Of a stretch of 64,000 bases of DNA, positions 16,671-25,299 are shown one piece after another. The position numbers were made by a program, and so were the translations under genes. Within the stretch, counting starts at the first letter, position 1; each line of letters opens with the position of its first letter. This DNA comes from a virus: IMG/VR virus record IMGVR_UViG_3300037247_001890, positions 32,001 to 96,000 of that record, one strand, 5' to 3'. Under the pieces are notes generated by a model. That model searched no databases. It was given only the letters and a program-made list of their open reading frames with translations, and had not been told where the DNA came from.

Positions 16671-17123
16671 ATGAAAAAATTAACATACATATTGGCATTC
16701 TTTATTACAAGTTGTATTTTTTGGCCGCCACCAACACAAAAATATTACACTAAAGATGTATGGAAATTTTTTAAGGATGATGCTGTAAATAATGTTGTTG
16801 TACATAAGATGCTCAAATATGATGAGGAAAAAGATGTATCTACTATTAAGTTAAAGTTTATAAACAACAATGATTCATTATATGTATTTATAAAATATCG
16901 ATTGTATATTATTTTTTATGAAGATAAGGAAAGTGAGTTTTATCGTAGAAAAAAAGGGGCTGTCTTGGGAAGTACGGAGAGAGAAGACAAAAATTTTCAC
17001 ATTAAACTTCGGCCTTACGGTTTTGCTATATCAACTGCTACTATGGATAGTATGCGAATAAGAAAAATATCTTTTTATTCGTATGAAGCAAAAAAATGGT
17101 TCAACACATTGCTTATTGAGTGA
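16671..17123 (+). CDS. lipoprotein
   Basis: Lipobox ITSC. Confidence 0.65.
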   Translation: MKKLTYILAFFITSCIFWPPPTQKYYTKDVWKFFKDDAVNNVVVHKMLKYDEEKDVSTIKLKFINNNDSLYVFIKYRLYIIFYEDKESEFYRRKKGAVLGSTEREDKNFHIKLRPYGFAISTATMDSMRIRKISFYSYEAKKWFNTLLIE

Positions 17124-17133
17124 AATCATTAAA

Positions 17134-17205
17134 ACCCCTATAGTCTAGCGATAAGGCGTCCGGCTTACATCCGGAAGATCGGTGGTTCGAATCCATCTGG
17201 GGGTA
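17134..17205 (+). tRNA. tRNA-Val(TAC)
   Basis: Cloverleaf. Confidence 0.88.
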
Positions 17206-17207
17206 CT

Positions 17208-17387
17208 ATGAAGACAAAGATAGTAGAAGCAGAAACTGTAGTTGTAGTAGAGTATCCATATGGTTTAAGAGAAAGAATCGCTATAGAAGATGTTATTTAC
17301 AAAAGATATTTTCAGGATTTTAGAAATAATCAAGAAATGACGCTGCTATATAAATTAGTAGGTTTTGAACAAAGAGAAGATTGGTAA
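17208..17387 (+). CDS. small hypothetical protein abutting tRNA
   Basis: MKTKIVE..., 59 aa. Confidence 0.5.
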   Translation: MKTKIVEAETVVVVEYPYGLRERIAIEDVIYKRYFQDFRNNQEMTLLYKLVGFEQREDW

Positions 17388-17392
17388 TAAAT

Positions 17393-17464
17393 GCCCCCTT
17401 GGTCTAGCGACATGGCGCCCGGGTTACATCCGGGAGAGCGGTGGTTTGAATCCATCAGGGGGCA
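17393..17464 (+). tRNA. tRNA-Val(TAC) variant (G32, TTTGAAT T-loop)
   Basis: Paralogue of 17134-17205. Confidence 0.85.
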
Positions 17465-17469
17465 CACAT

Positions 17470-17549
17470 GGGCTGTGGGACTGCTTTGGGGTGGTCACCT
17501 CGCTTGCACCGAGGACATCAGCAGGGTTCGAATCCCTGACGGTCCACCA
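17470..17549 (+). tRNA. tRNA-Ala(TGC)
   Basis: G3:U70; encoded CCA. Confidence 0.93.
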
Positions 17550-17644
17550 CACGTGGTAGATTAACGAGAACTGGATGATGCCAGTAATGAGATCGCTGTA
17601 ACCTTCAGGGGTGCAGAAATGAGGTTCGAGTCCTCTCCGCGTGG
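17550..17644 (+). tRNA. atypical tRNA-like RNA, apparent TCA anticodon, D-loop insertion
   Basis: Acceptor CACGTGG/CCGCGTG; T-arm GAGG-TTCGAGT-CCTC; extended anticodon arm with loop CT-TCA-GG. Confidence 0.55.
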
Positions 17645-17661
17645 CCTTATAAAACAAAATA

Positions 17662-17781
17662 TGGACTCTTGTGATCAGTGTTGGTTCGACCCCAACCTCT
17701 CGGCTTATAAACCAGTGTAAAAGGATGGCATGAAGCGTAAGAGTGATCTTATAGTGACGGATGTTCTGTAACAAGAGTCCA
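17662..17781 (+). ncRNA. T-arm-containing orphan RNA
   Basis: Closing stem TGGACTCTTGT/ACAAGAGTCCA; GTTGG-TTCGACC-CCAAC T-arm. Confidence 0.6.
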
Positions 17782-17805
17782 CTTTTCATAGAAAAAGGAA
17801 AATTT

Positions 17806-18081
17806 ATGCTAGATGGTAATTATTATTTTGAATGTATTTGTGGCTGTGATGAGCACACTATAAGATTTACACTAGATAAAGAAGAAAAAGAAATTTACAC
17901 TTCGATATTCTTGGCTAGCCATCGGAACTTTTTCATACGAATTTGGCTGGGAATCAAGTATATTTTCGGTGGAAAAAGTCGGTATGGGCAATTTGGTAAT
18001 TGGTCATTAAATGTGCATGATGCCAATAGATTGGAAGACATGTTAAATATGCTAAAGGAGTTTAAAGATGGGACCTCATAA
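17806..18081 (+). CDS. hypothetical phage protein
   Basis: FECICGCDEH; SD AAGGA. Confidence 0.65.
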   Translation: MLDGNYYFECICGCDEHTIRFTLDKEEKEIYTSIFLASHRNFFIRIWLGIKYIFGGKSRYGQFGNWSLNVHDANRLEDMLNMLKEFKDGTS

Positions 18082-19174
18082 AATATATGCAGAATATGCA
18101 GAAGGCGCTGCTTTAGATCAATTTTATGAAGCAATGAAACATGATACCGTTGTGCAAGGTGCTTTAATGCCTGACGCGCACAAAGGTTATTCATTGCCAA
18201 TAGGGGCTGTGATAGCAATGAAGGATGTTATATGGCCTGCCGCAGTAGGATACGATATTGGATGCGGTATGTGTGCTATGCCTACTTCATTTGAGAAAGC
18301 CCATGTGGAAGCACAAAAAGATCTTATTTTTGATAGGATATATGAACAAATTCCTGTTGGATTTAACTGGAACAAAAAGCGTGTTAATTTTCATGTGACA
18401 GGTGAACTAGAAAAAGAACCAATTACTCCCCATTTTAAAAAAATCTATAATGAAAGAGGAGTATTACAAATCGGTTCTCTTGGTGGAGGTAATCACTTCA
18501 TCGAAATAGGTTATGATGAAACAGATAAGGTCTGGATTATAATTCATTCCGGATCCAGAAATCTTGGACATAATATTGCCACTTATTACATGAAACTTGC
18601 ATCTGGTGATGGCAAAGCACGAGAAGGTTATTATGTATTGGATTTTCAAGGTATAGATGGCGCGAATTATGTGACAGATCTTAATTTTGCATTAGAATTT
18701 GCCTTGTTAAATCGTGGTGAAATAATAAAAAGAGTAGAAAAAATATTAAGTAAAGTTGCTAAAGGCCATGGTAACTGGGATGGGTTAATCAATCGCAATC
18801 ATAATCATGCTGAATTGAAAGATGGGCTATGGATACATCGCAAAGGTGCAACACATGCCGAAAAAGGTATGGAGGGAGTTATTCCTGGAAATATGCGTGA
18901 TGGTTCTTTTATTGTGAAAGGTAAAGGAGATCCTGAATCATTAAATTCCTCGGCACATGGTGCTGGTCGAGTATTAGGACGTCGTGCCGCTAAAGAAACC
19001 TTAAAGATGGAAGATTTTAAAAAATCCATGAAGGGAATTAAGGCAAAAGTAGGCACAGATACTATAGATGAATCTCCAGGTGCATATAAAAATATTTTTG
19101 ATGTGATGGAACAACAGAAAGATTTAGTCGAAGTCATGCATCATGTTAAACCTATTATTAATATAAAAGGATAA
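18068..19174 (+). CDS. rtcB: RtcB 3'-5' RNA ligase
   Basis: MPDAHKG, GYDIGCG, GSLGGGNHFIE, HSGSR, HN, HRKGAT, PGNM, SAHGAGR, DESP. Confidence 0.97.
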   Translation: MGPHKIYAEYAEGAALDQFYEAMKHDTVVQGALMPDAHKGYSLPIGAVIAMKDVIWPAAVGYDIGCGMCAMPTSFEKAHVEAQKDLIFDRIYEQIPVGFNWNKKRVNFHVTGELEKEPITPHFKKIYNERGVLQIGSLGGGNHFIEIGYDETDKVWIIIHSGSRNLGHNIATYYMKLASGDGKAREGYYVLDFQGIDGANYVTDLNFALEFALLNRGEIIKRVEKILSKVAKGHGNWDGLINRNHNHAELKDGLWIHRKGATHAEKGMEGVIPGNMRDGSFIVKGKGDPESLNSSAHGAGRVLGRRAAKETLKMEDFKKSMKGIKAKVGTDTIDESPGAYKNIFDVMEQQKDLVEVMHHVKPIINIKG

Positions 19175-19176
19175 TA

Positions 19177-19479
19177 ATGAGTAACTTTAAAAAACCGGAT
19201 TTTGATCCATTCGGTAAAAAGAAAGAAGACTATATTCGTGATTATGGTCGTTTTTCAATAGCAAAAATCCATAGCGTTCATGAAGATTTAGGTTTAGTTA
19301 TTGGTGAATTAGATGAAAATGTTATGGGTGCCATTCCCATTAATTGGTTTACGAAAGTTAAAAAAAATACTTGGAGACCAAACGGACTAGCATGTCCTTA
19401 TATCTATATGGATGATTTTCGTCAGCTAGCAATTGATACGTATAATACAATTAAAGATCAAATAAAGGATCGCGTATGA
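19177..19479 (+). CDS. hypothetical protein
   Basis: Operon context. Confidence 0.65.
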   Translation: MSNFKKPDFDPFGKKKEDYIRDYGRFSIAKIHSVHEDLGLVIGELDENVMGAIPINWFTKVKKNTWRPNGLACPYIYMDDFRQLAIDTYNTIKDQIKDRV

Positions 19480-20390
19480 TAGACAAAGAATTTAAAGTCT
19501 TAGACAAAGGATTTATACGTCTTGTGGACTATATGGGTTCTGACCAGGCTATAGTTCAAGCGGCCCGTGTTTCATATGGCAAGGGTACAAAAACGAAACG
19601 TGAAGACGAAGGACTTATTCGGTATCTCATGAGACATAGACACACGACACCCTTTGAGCAATGTGAACTAAAATTCCATGTTAAAGTACCCATGGATTGC
19701 TGGCGACAATGGATACGGCATCGCACAGCCAGTGTAAATGAATATTCTACTAGGTATTCAGAAGCTATTGACGACAAACAAGAAACCAGTGAATTTGACT
19801 GGCGCAAACAAGATACAACAAAAAATACACAGGGCAGTAGTGGCCTTTATCTTCCTGCTGAAGAAATAGGCGATGATGGACATCCCAGTGCAATTGGTAA
19901 GTGGCACACTATTCAGGAAAGAGCATTGCATAAAACAGCAGAAACAGTCTATAAAAATAGATTAAAAGCTGGTATCGCTCGCGAACAAGCACGTAAAGAT
20001 TTACCTTTGTCGACGTATACTATGGCCTACTGGAAAATTGATTTGCACAATCTGTTTCATTTCTTAGGATTGAGAATGGACAGTCATGCTCAATTAGAAA
20101 TTAGAAAATACGCCAATATCATTGGTTACGAGATTGTGGCAAAGATATTTCCTTTGGCATGGGGCGCATTTCTAGATTATCGATTGAATGCGATGACGTT
20201 GTCAGCAAGAGATATCCATATTATACAGCAAAAAATTATATATGGAGATAAATATCTAGAAAATTCAGATGATTATAATCCTTTTAATTGGTTGGAAAAG
20301 CGTGACGACGGAACATTAAAAGACAATCTCGAGCGGAAGGAATTCGAAGAAAAAGCAAAAGTGTTAGGAATAAAAGTTCCTTGGATATAA
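19476..20390 (+). CDS. thyX: FAD-dependent thymidylate synthase
   Basis: AARVSY; RHRTASVNEYSTRY; REQARKDLP; HAQLEIR. Confidence 0.97.
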   Translation: MIDKEFKVLDKGFIRLVDYMGSDQAIVQAARVSYGKGTKTKREDEGLIRYLMRHRHTTPFEQCELKFHVKVPMDCWRQWIRHRTASVNEYSTRYSEAIDDKQETSEFDWRKQDTTKNTQGSSGLYLPAEEIGDDGHPSAIGKWHTIQERALHKTAETVYKNRLKAGIAREQARKDLPLSTYTMAYWKIDLHNLFHFLGLRMDSHAQLEIRKYANIIGYEIVAKIFPLAWGAFLDYRLNAMTLSARDIHIIQQKIIYGDKYLENSDDYNPFNWLEKRDDGTLKDNLERKEFEEKAKVLGIKVPWI

Positions 20391-20394
20391 CTTC

Positions 20395-20468
20395 GGGTCC
20401 GTAGCTTAGCTGGTGAAGCATCCGCCTTTTAAGCGGAAGAGTGGCAGGTTCAAGTCCTCCCGGGCCTA
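20395..20468 (+). tRNA. tRNA-Lys(TTT)
   Basis: Cloverleaf. Confidence 0.92.
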
Positions 20469-20474
20469 CAAACA

Positions 20475-20580
20475 ATAGTGTGGTTGGTTGAGCATAAAAC
20501 TTGAGCCTGTAATCCCGAACGAAAATAGACGAGAATGATCAATCTAAAAGATGACATGCCTCTATTTTTGGCCACACTAT
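20475..20580 (+). ncRNA. orphan structured RNA
   Basis: Closing stem ATAGTGTGGTT/GGCCACACTAT. Confidence 0.5.
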
Positions 20581-20606
20581 AAATAATTAAATACAGGAGG
20601 TTTATA

Positions 20607-20849
20607 ATGGCAGCAGCAAAGAAATGCATTATAACTGGCAGAAACCGACTTACCGGTATTTTTTATATGTTGAATAAAAATACCAACACCATGAAAACAA
20701 TTTGGTGGACTTCTGGCAAGGAACCAAAAGTACGCAAAGAAACTGAACGTAAGATCTTTGGGTCTGGTTCGGAAGCAAAAACATTCCTAAGGTATTTAAG
20801 ACGCGAGCCAAGTGTTTTTGATATCAGATGGTTTTTGGAATACATTTAA
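20607..20849 (+). CDS. small hypothetical protein
   Basis: SD AGGAGGT. Confidence 0.65.
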   Translation: MAAAKKCIITGRNRLTGIFYMLNKNTNTMKTIWWTSGKEPKVRKETERKIFGSGSEAKTFLRYLRREPSVFDIRWFLEYI

Positions 20850-20865
20850 TAACCAATAGAAATAA

Positions 20866-21123
20866 ATGGCAGATAAACAAAAGATCTTTGACGATGTCAA
20901 AGAAGAAAGAAAATATCAAGACAAAAAATGGGGATTAGAATTCGACAAGAATAATACAGCGAATGATTGGTCCTCATATATCATGACATATTTGGCAAAT
21001 GCTATAGCAATGCCAACTGGTTCTGACGAATACAGGCGATTGATGATCAAAGTAGCAGCCTTATCGTTTGCAGCAATAGAACTGCATGATGATAAATTAA
21101 TGCCAAACCGACATTACGAATAA
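20866..21123 (+). CDS. MazG-like all-alpha small protein
   Basis: EERKYQDKKWG...LMIKVAAL...AAIE pattern. Confidence 0.55.
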   Translation: MADKQKIFDDVKEERKYQDKKWGLEFDKNNTANDWSSYIMTYLANAIAMPTGSDEYRRLMIKVAALSFAAIELHDDKLMPNRHYE

Positions 21124-21147
21124 AAAAAGGGACAGCGATGTCCCTAA

Positions 21148-21235
21148 GCTGGGTTCGCATAGTGGCCGATTGCACGGGGTTTGTAACCCTGAGAGTAGCA
21201 ATACTCCGCGTGAGTTCGAATCTCACACCCCAGCT
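21148..21235 (+). tRNA. tRNA-Thr(TGT) with long variable arm
   Basis: CGGGG-TTTGTAA-CCCTG; variable hairpin GAGTA-GCAA-TACTC; G1-C72 and C2-G71. Confidence 0.82.
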
Positions 21236-21237
21236 CT

Positions 21238-21519
21238 ATGAATATAAAAACAATAATAGGAAAGAAAGTTGTAGCAATAAAAGGTTACAACTCGAGATGG
21301 AACGATAAGAGAGTAAAGCACCATAATACAGAACCAGAATATATATTATTTGATGATGGAAAAACTTTTATAGAATTGGAAGAACAAGATCACTATTCAT
21401 ATCATGATTGTAGTCTTACCGCCAGAGAAATATTAATCCAAAAAGACAAAGACAAATGGGATTCTATAATGACGAGCAAAATGTATAGTGATGCAACACA
21501 TAATTTATCAATGTACTAA
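21238..21519 (+). CDS. hypothetical protein abutting tRNA
   Basis: ORF track. Confidence 0.6.
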   Translation: MNIKTIIGKKVVAIKGYNSRWNDKRVKHHNTEPEYILFDDGKTFIELEEQDHYSYHDCSLTAREILIQKDKDKWDSIMTSKMYSDATHNLSMY

Positions 21520-21527
21520 GGTAAAAA

Positions 21528-22229
21528 ATGTTTAATAAATATGAAAAAACATATAGAATACAGACTCCTAATTTGAAAATATCCGGAAAGATGAACATGT
21601 CTAAAAAAGATGTTCAACGGTTATTGACAGGGAAAGTTACTATTGAAGAAAAGATTGACGGAGCTAATGTAGCTATTATAGGCATGGCATCAAACGTATC
21701 TTATTTTCGTCCGCCACGGCCATTTAGATTACAAAAGCGTGGATCATTGATTGATTTTTCTGAACATGAACAATATAATCGATTTAAGGCATGGTCAATG
21801 AAACAATGGAATAATTTGTCTAAGATAGAATACGGAATTTATGTATATGGTGAATTTATGTGGGCTACCCATCATATCTTTTATGATAATTTAACTGATT
21901 GGTTTGTATGTTTTGATATATGGGATGGTCGGAAATTTTACGACAGGCGAGAAAAAGAAAAATATTGTAATGATTTAAACTTCCAAATAATTCCATTGGT
22001 ATATGAAGGTTATATTGACGATATTATACACTTAGAAAGTTTTGTGCATGGCAAATCAGAATATAGTACAGATCATGATCGGGAAGGTATTGTAGTAAAA
22101 AATTACAGAAAACAAATGCGAGGAAAAATAGTAGTACCAGAATTTGTTAAAGAATTAAATGAAGATGGCACTCATTGGATGACTCGCTGGGATCCACGAA
22201 AAGTAAATAAATTAAAAAAGGAAATCTGA
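21528..22229 (+). CDS. ATP-dependent RNA ligase family protein
   Basis: Motif I EEKIDGAN; YGEF; FDIW; EGIVVK; K-motif RGKIV. Confidence 0.85.
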   Translation: MFNKYEKTYRIQTPNLKISGKMNMSKKDVQRLLTGKVTIEEKIDGANVAIIGMASNVSYFRPPRPFRLQKRGSLIDFSEHEQYNRFKAWSMKQWNNLSKIEYGIYVYGEFMWATHHIFYDNLTDWFVCFDIWDGRKFYDRREKEKYCNDLNFQIIPLVYEGYIDDIIHLESFVHGKSEYSTDHDREGIVVKNYRKQMRGKIVVPEFVKELNEDGTHWMTRWDPRKVNKLKKEI

Positions 22230-22468
22230 TGGTACAACAAAAGGTCTATCGGAATATAAAAATGAGAGAAAAAAATTTCTTTATTAAAGCATTGGATTGC
22301 CTATTTTATTCTTGGGGAGGAGACACTCCTTCAGAGGTATTTTGGGGATGCAATGATTTACTTGAGTGGTTCGAACAGGAATATAAAGTCAAATTAAATA
22401 TAAGATTTGATGAAGGAAATCCTAATAGTAATTATGATGATGTTATAAAAGCAATAAGGAATGCCTAA
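22229..22468 (+). CDS. hypothetical protein
   Basis: Coupled ORF. Confidence 0.55.
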   Translation: MVQQKVYRNIKMREKNFFIKALDCLFYSWGGDTPSEVFWGCNDLLEWFEQEYKVKLNIRFDEGNPNSNYDDVIKAIRNA

Positions 22469-22568
22469 TTATGAGAATGCTGTGGGTATGGATAAAAGTA
22501 TATTGTATACTTTTAATATTATTTCCCTATTTTTGGTTTAGAGGAATGATAGAAGTAAGGAAAAAGAA

Positions 22569-22642
22569 GCATCATTAGCTCATCGTGGTAGAGCGTCAGA
22601 CTTCCAATCTGAAGGTGGTCAGTTCAAGCCTGACATGGTGCT
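22569..22642 (+). tRNA. tRNA-Gly(TCC)
   Basis: Cloverleaf. Confidence 0.92.
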
Positions 22643-22656
22643 CATGAAAACATAAA

Positions 22657-22728
22657 GCGGGCATAATTCAGTGGTAGAATTTTTCGTTGCCAACGAAATC
22701 GCCGTGAGTTCGAATCTCACTGTCCGCT
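22657..22728 (+). tRNA. tRNA-Gly(GCC)
   Basis: Cloverleaf. Confidence 0.93.
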
Positions 22729-22751
22729 CTCATTAAAACAAAAGGAAAATA

Positions 22752-22955
22752 ATGAAAATAGAAGTTGATGAAAATAGGGACATTATATTGAAAGATGTTT
22801 TTAATGGTGTCGGATTTATATCTCCCGACGGCGAAAAATTTAATATATGCATGCGTGATGGCGGCTATGAATTTAGTTATCAAGGAACATGGTTTCGTGC
22901 AGTTGGTGGAATAATGGAAATAATAAATTTAAATCCTATAAAGGACAAAAAATGA
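22752..22955 (+). CDS. small hypothetical protein
   Basis: SD AAGGA. Confidence 0.6.
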   Translation: MKIEVDENRDIILKDVFNGVGFISPDGEKFNICMRDGGYEFSYQGTWFRAVGGIMEIINLNPIKDKK

Positions 22956-23392
22956 TATTTTGGATAGCACTAATTTTATTACTTTGGATTATCTCCATAG
23001 TATTTAATGACATAGAAGACTCGCTGGCGCATCATTATAAAAGCACAGTCTTTGACTGGCTGCCGAAGCATACATGGCTATCCTGGTATATGAAGGATCC
23101 GGATACGACTTGGAAAAGAAAGTATATTTGGTTGCCGGCCGGCCGTGATGGTGAAACAAAAGCAGGCAGGAAAAAATTTCTTGGCATAATAATACCAGCA
23201 TTTTTCTTTGATGGTTGGCATGGAGCAAAAATTATAAGACAATTTTTCCAGTATTTAACAATTTACGTGGGCATAAATAGCGGAATAGCAATTCCATTTA
23301 TATTAGGCTTGTTACTATTTATGATCAGTAACCAAATCACTCATTCCCACTTGTTTTATGGTGGAATGTTTCTAAAAAAATGGTGGGAATAA
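22952..23392 (+). CDS. membrane protein
   Basis: TM segments; FFDGWHGAK. Confidence 0.65.
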   Translation: MIFWIALILLLWIISIVFNDIEDSLAHHYKSTVFDWLPKHTWLSWYMKDPDTTWKRKYIWLPAGRDGETKAGRKKFLGIIIPAFFFDGWHGAKIIRQFFQYLTIYVGINSGIAIPFILGLLLFMISNQITHSHLFYGGMFLKKWWE

Positions 23393-23420
23393 TTCCCACT
23401 TTACAGAGAACGGAGGAATA

Positions 23421-23645
23421 ATGGGCAACAGATATTTTTTAACGATCAAATGTCCTAGTTGTGGTTATTTCGACGAGGATGTTTATTATGCTCCCACTTG
23501 TGGTTTTGTAGATTGGAGATGTCCTAAATGCGGTAAGGTTGTAGATTTAGAGGAAGAGACTGGTATTAGTTATGAGGACGCATCTAATCTTGGAGCCATT
23601 AAGAAGCTGTGTTCTAAGTTTGAAAAGAAAGGGGATAAGTCTTAA
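23421..23645 (+). CDS. Zn-ribbon protein (stop inside tRNA-Pro)
   Basis: CPSC...CPKC; SD GGAGG. Confidence 0.7.
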   Translation: MGNRYFLTIKCPSCGYFDEDVYYAPTCGFVDWRCPKCGKVVDLEEETGISYEDASNLGAIKKLCSKFEKKGDKS

Positions 23646-23702
23646 CGGTGAGACGGGTGCTTTGGGAGCATCAGGCGGTCGGTTCGATCCCGGCATCCCC
23701 TA
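23630..23702 (+). tRNA. tRNA-Pro(TGG)
   Basis: Cloverleaf. Confidence 0.9.
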
Positions 23703-23703
23703 C

Positions 23704-24008
23704 AAAAATCGATGGGCTTTCCTCGGAAACACAATGCGTAGTATTGTGGTCAAAACCTGGAATATTATGTAGTGCGATTTGAAGCAGTCCGGAGCGCGTA
23801 TCAAACAGTAAATAGTCGGACCTTGGGACAGCAGTCCGGTAAGGATGTCTTGAATCTCGAACCCCTGCTGTGGTAGCTTTTGTAAATCTTAATGGAGCCT
23901 ACGTGAACGTTTGTAACGTAACCCGTCGTCGACAGTCCCATACGTGGGGCGACTGGCACGCCGTAAGTTCATTTATCCAGTAACGTGAATAATCCCCCAT
24001 CGATTTTT
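23704..24008 (+). ncRNA. orphan structured RNA, about 300 nt, between tRNA-Pro and tRNA-Cys
   Basis: Perfect 13-bp closing stem AAAAATCGATGGG/CCCATCGATTTTT; GC-rich; internal hairpins. Confidence 0.7.
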
Positions 24009-24012
24009 TAAT

Positions 24013-24083
24013 GATTCCGTGGCCGAGTGGCTAGGCGAGAGACTGCAAATCTTTTTACGTCAGTTCAAATCTGACCGGAATCT
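24013..24083 (+). tRNA. tRNA-Cys(GCA)
   Basis: Cloverleaf; U73. Confidence 0.92.
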
Positions 24084-24099
24084 CTATGAGAAGGAAAAA

Positions 24100-24489
24100 A
24101 TGAAAGAAAAAAGATTTCACATTTTACAAGCAAATAGCCTCAATAAAGAAGATATTATTGTGGGAGGTCTTTACAGATATGATCAAATTGCAACTGTAAG
24201 AAAAAATAAAACCTATGAAGGACAAAAAACATTAAGAGTACAAACTTTAGCGGGTGCACGTTATATGAGACTTACCTATTTTCAAGATAGAAACTTCTAT
24301 ATAAGAATAGAAAGAGAATTGCATCTTTTAGATGGACTACCTATTTCGGGACAAGTAGATTCAAAGTTATATAGAAAAACAGTTGATATAGAAGCATCTC
24401 AAAAGTTTTTAGGATATCTAGATTCTTTGCCAGAAGAAGTGGTAAAACCAAAAACACCTATAGAGCAACTACAAGAGCAAATGTATTGA
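24100..24489 (+). CDS. hypothetical protein
   Basis: Start reassigned to the ATG after the tRNA; SD AAGGA. Confidence 0.6.
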   Translation: MKEKRFHILQANSLNKEDIIVGGLYRYDQIATVRKNKTYEGQKTLRVQTLAGARYMRLTYFQDRNFYIRIERELHLLDGLPISGQVDSKLYRKTVDIEASQKFLGYLDSLPEEVVKPKTPIEQLQEQMY

Positions 24490-24713
24490 AAGGACTACAC
24501 ATAATCGAATCAGAAACCCCAGGAATTACAAAAATAAAATTAAAAACTAGCGATAGAAAACCGATGTTTGCCAAAGGTTCTAATTCTGAAAGATCCGATT
24601 GGTCGTCTTATAAAATGTTTAAAAAATATAAAAAATACAAAAACAAAAAAATATTAAAAATGTATCGAAGTTCGTGGAATAGCGATGAATTTTTTATCAA
24701 ACATTTTATGTGA
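24486..24713 (+). CDS. small protein, tandem paralogue 1
   Basis: LHIIESETPG...YRSSW...HFM. Confidence 0.65.
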   Translation: MKGLHIIESETPGITKIKLKTSDRKPMFAKGSNSERSDWSSYKMFKKYKKYKNKKILKMYRSSWNSDEFFIKHFM

Positions 24714-24952
24714 AAGCAAATGCAATGAAAGAATTACACATAATTGAATCAGAAACTCCGGGAGTAACACGAAGTAAAGTAAAGGTGGAAAAAATAATCA
24801 AACATTTTGCAATAGACCTTGATATAGAGCTTGGAGATTTTTCATCATTGGAAATAGAAAAACAGAAAGGTTGGTACAGAGGACACAAAATATTAAGGAT
24901 ATATCGCAGTTCATGGAAAGAAGATGAATATTTCGTTAGGCATTTCATGTGA
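24710..24952 (+). CDS. small protein, tandem paralogue 2
   Basis: Same motifs as the preceding gene. Confidence 0.65.
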   Translation: MKANAMKELHIIESETPGVTRSKVKVEKIIKHFAIDLDIELGDFSSLEIEKQKGWYRGHKILRIYRSSWKEDEYFVRHFM

Positions 24953-24953
24953 T

Positions 24954-25037
24954 GGAGCGGTGGCAGAGTTGGTTGATCGCGCGAGGTTGTAGCCCTCGAC
25001 TGTAAAAAGCACGGTGGTTCGAATCCATCCCGCTTCA
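24954..25037 (+). tRNA. tRNA-Tyr(GTA)
   Basis: Class II cloverleaf. Confidence 0.92.
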
Positions 25038-25299
25038 CAAGAACTTCTTCGGAGGAAGTTAAGGCAAGGTTATAATCCGACTGCAACAACATAAGATTAG
25101 ATTAATAGAGGATAGAAAGATGCTAACCGGTTTAGATGATAATGGTAAATTTCGCTGCATCTTTCAGAAATGAAAAGTAGTCGAGAGTCTACTCCTTTGA
25201 GTCCTTGTGATGCATTCCATCGCTTAGGATTACTTTTCATTTTTCATTTTATTATGGCATAATAGAAGTACAATCAATCTTTATTCTAAGGAGATATTT

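Noticed and set aside
17550-17644. Genome-wide TGA or TAG recoding, or tRNA-Sec
   Set aside because: Long genes are intact in code 11, TGA and TAG terminate coupled genes normally, and the RNA lacks the Sec variable arm
8855-24099. ORF-track starts located inside tRNAs (e.g. 8855, 9695, 11502, 15077, 15715, 24019)
   Set aside because: Alternative-start extensions into tRNA sequence; real starts are the downstream ATGs
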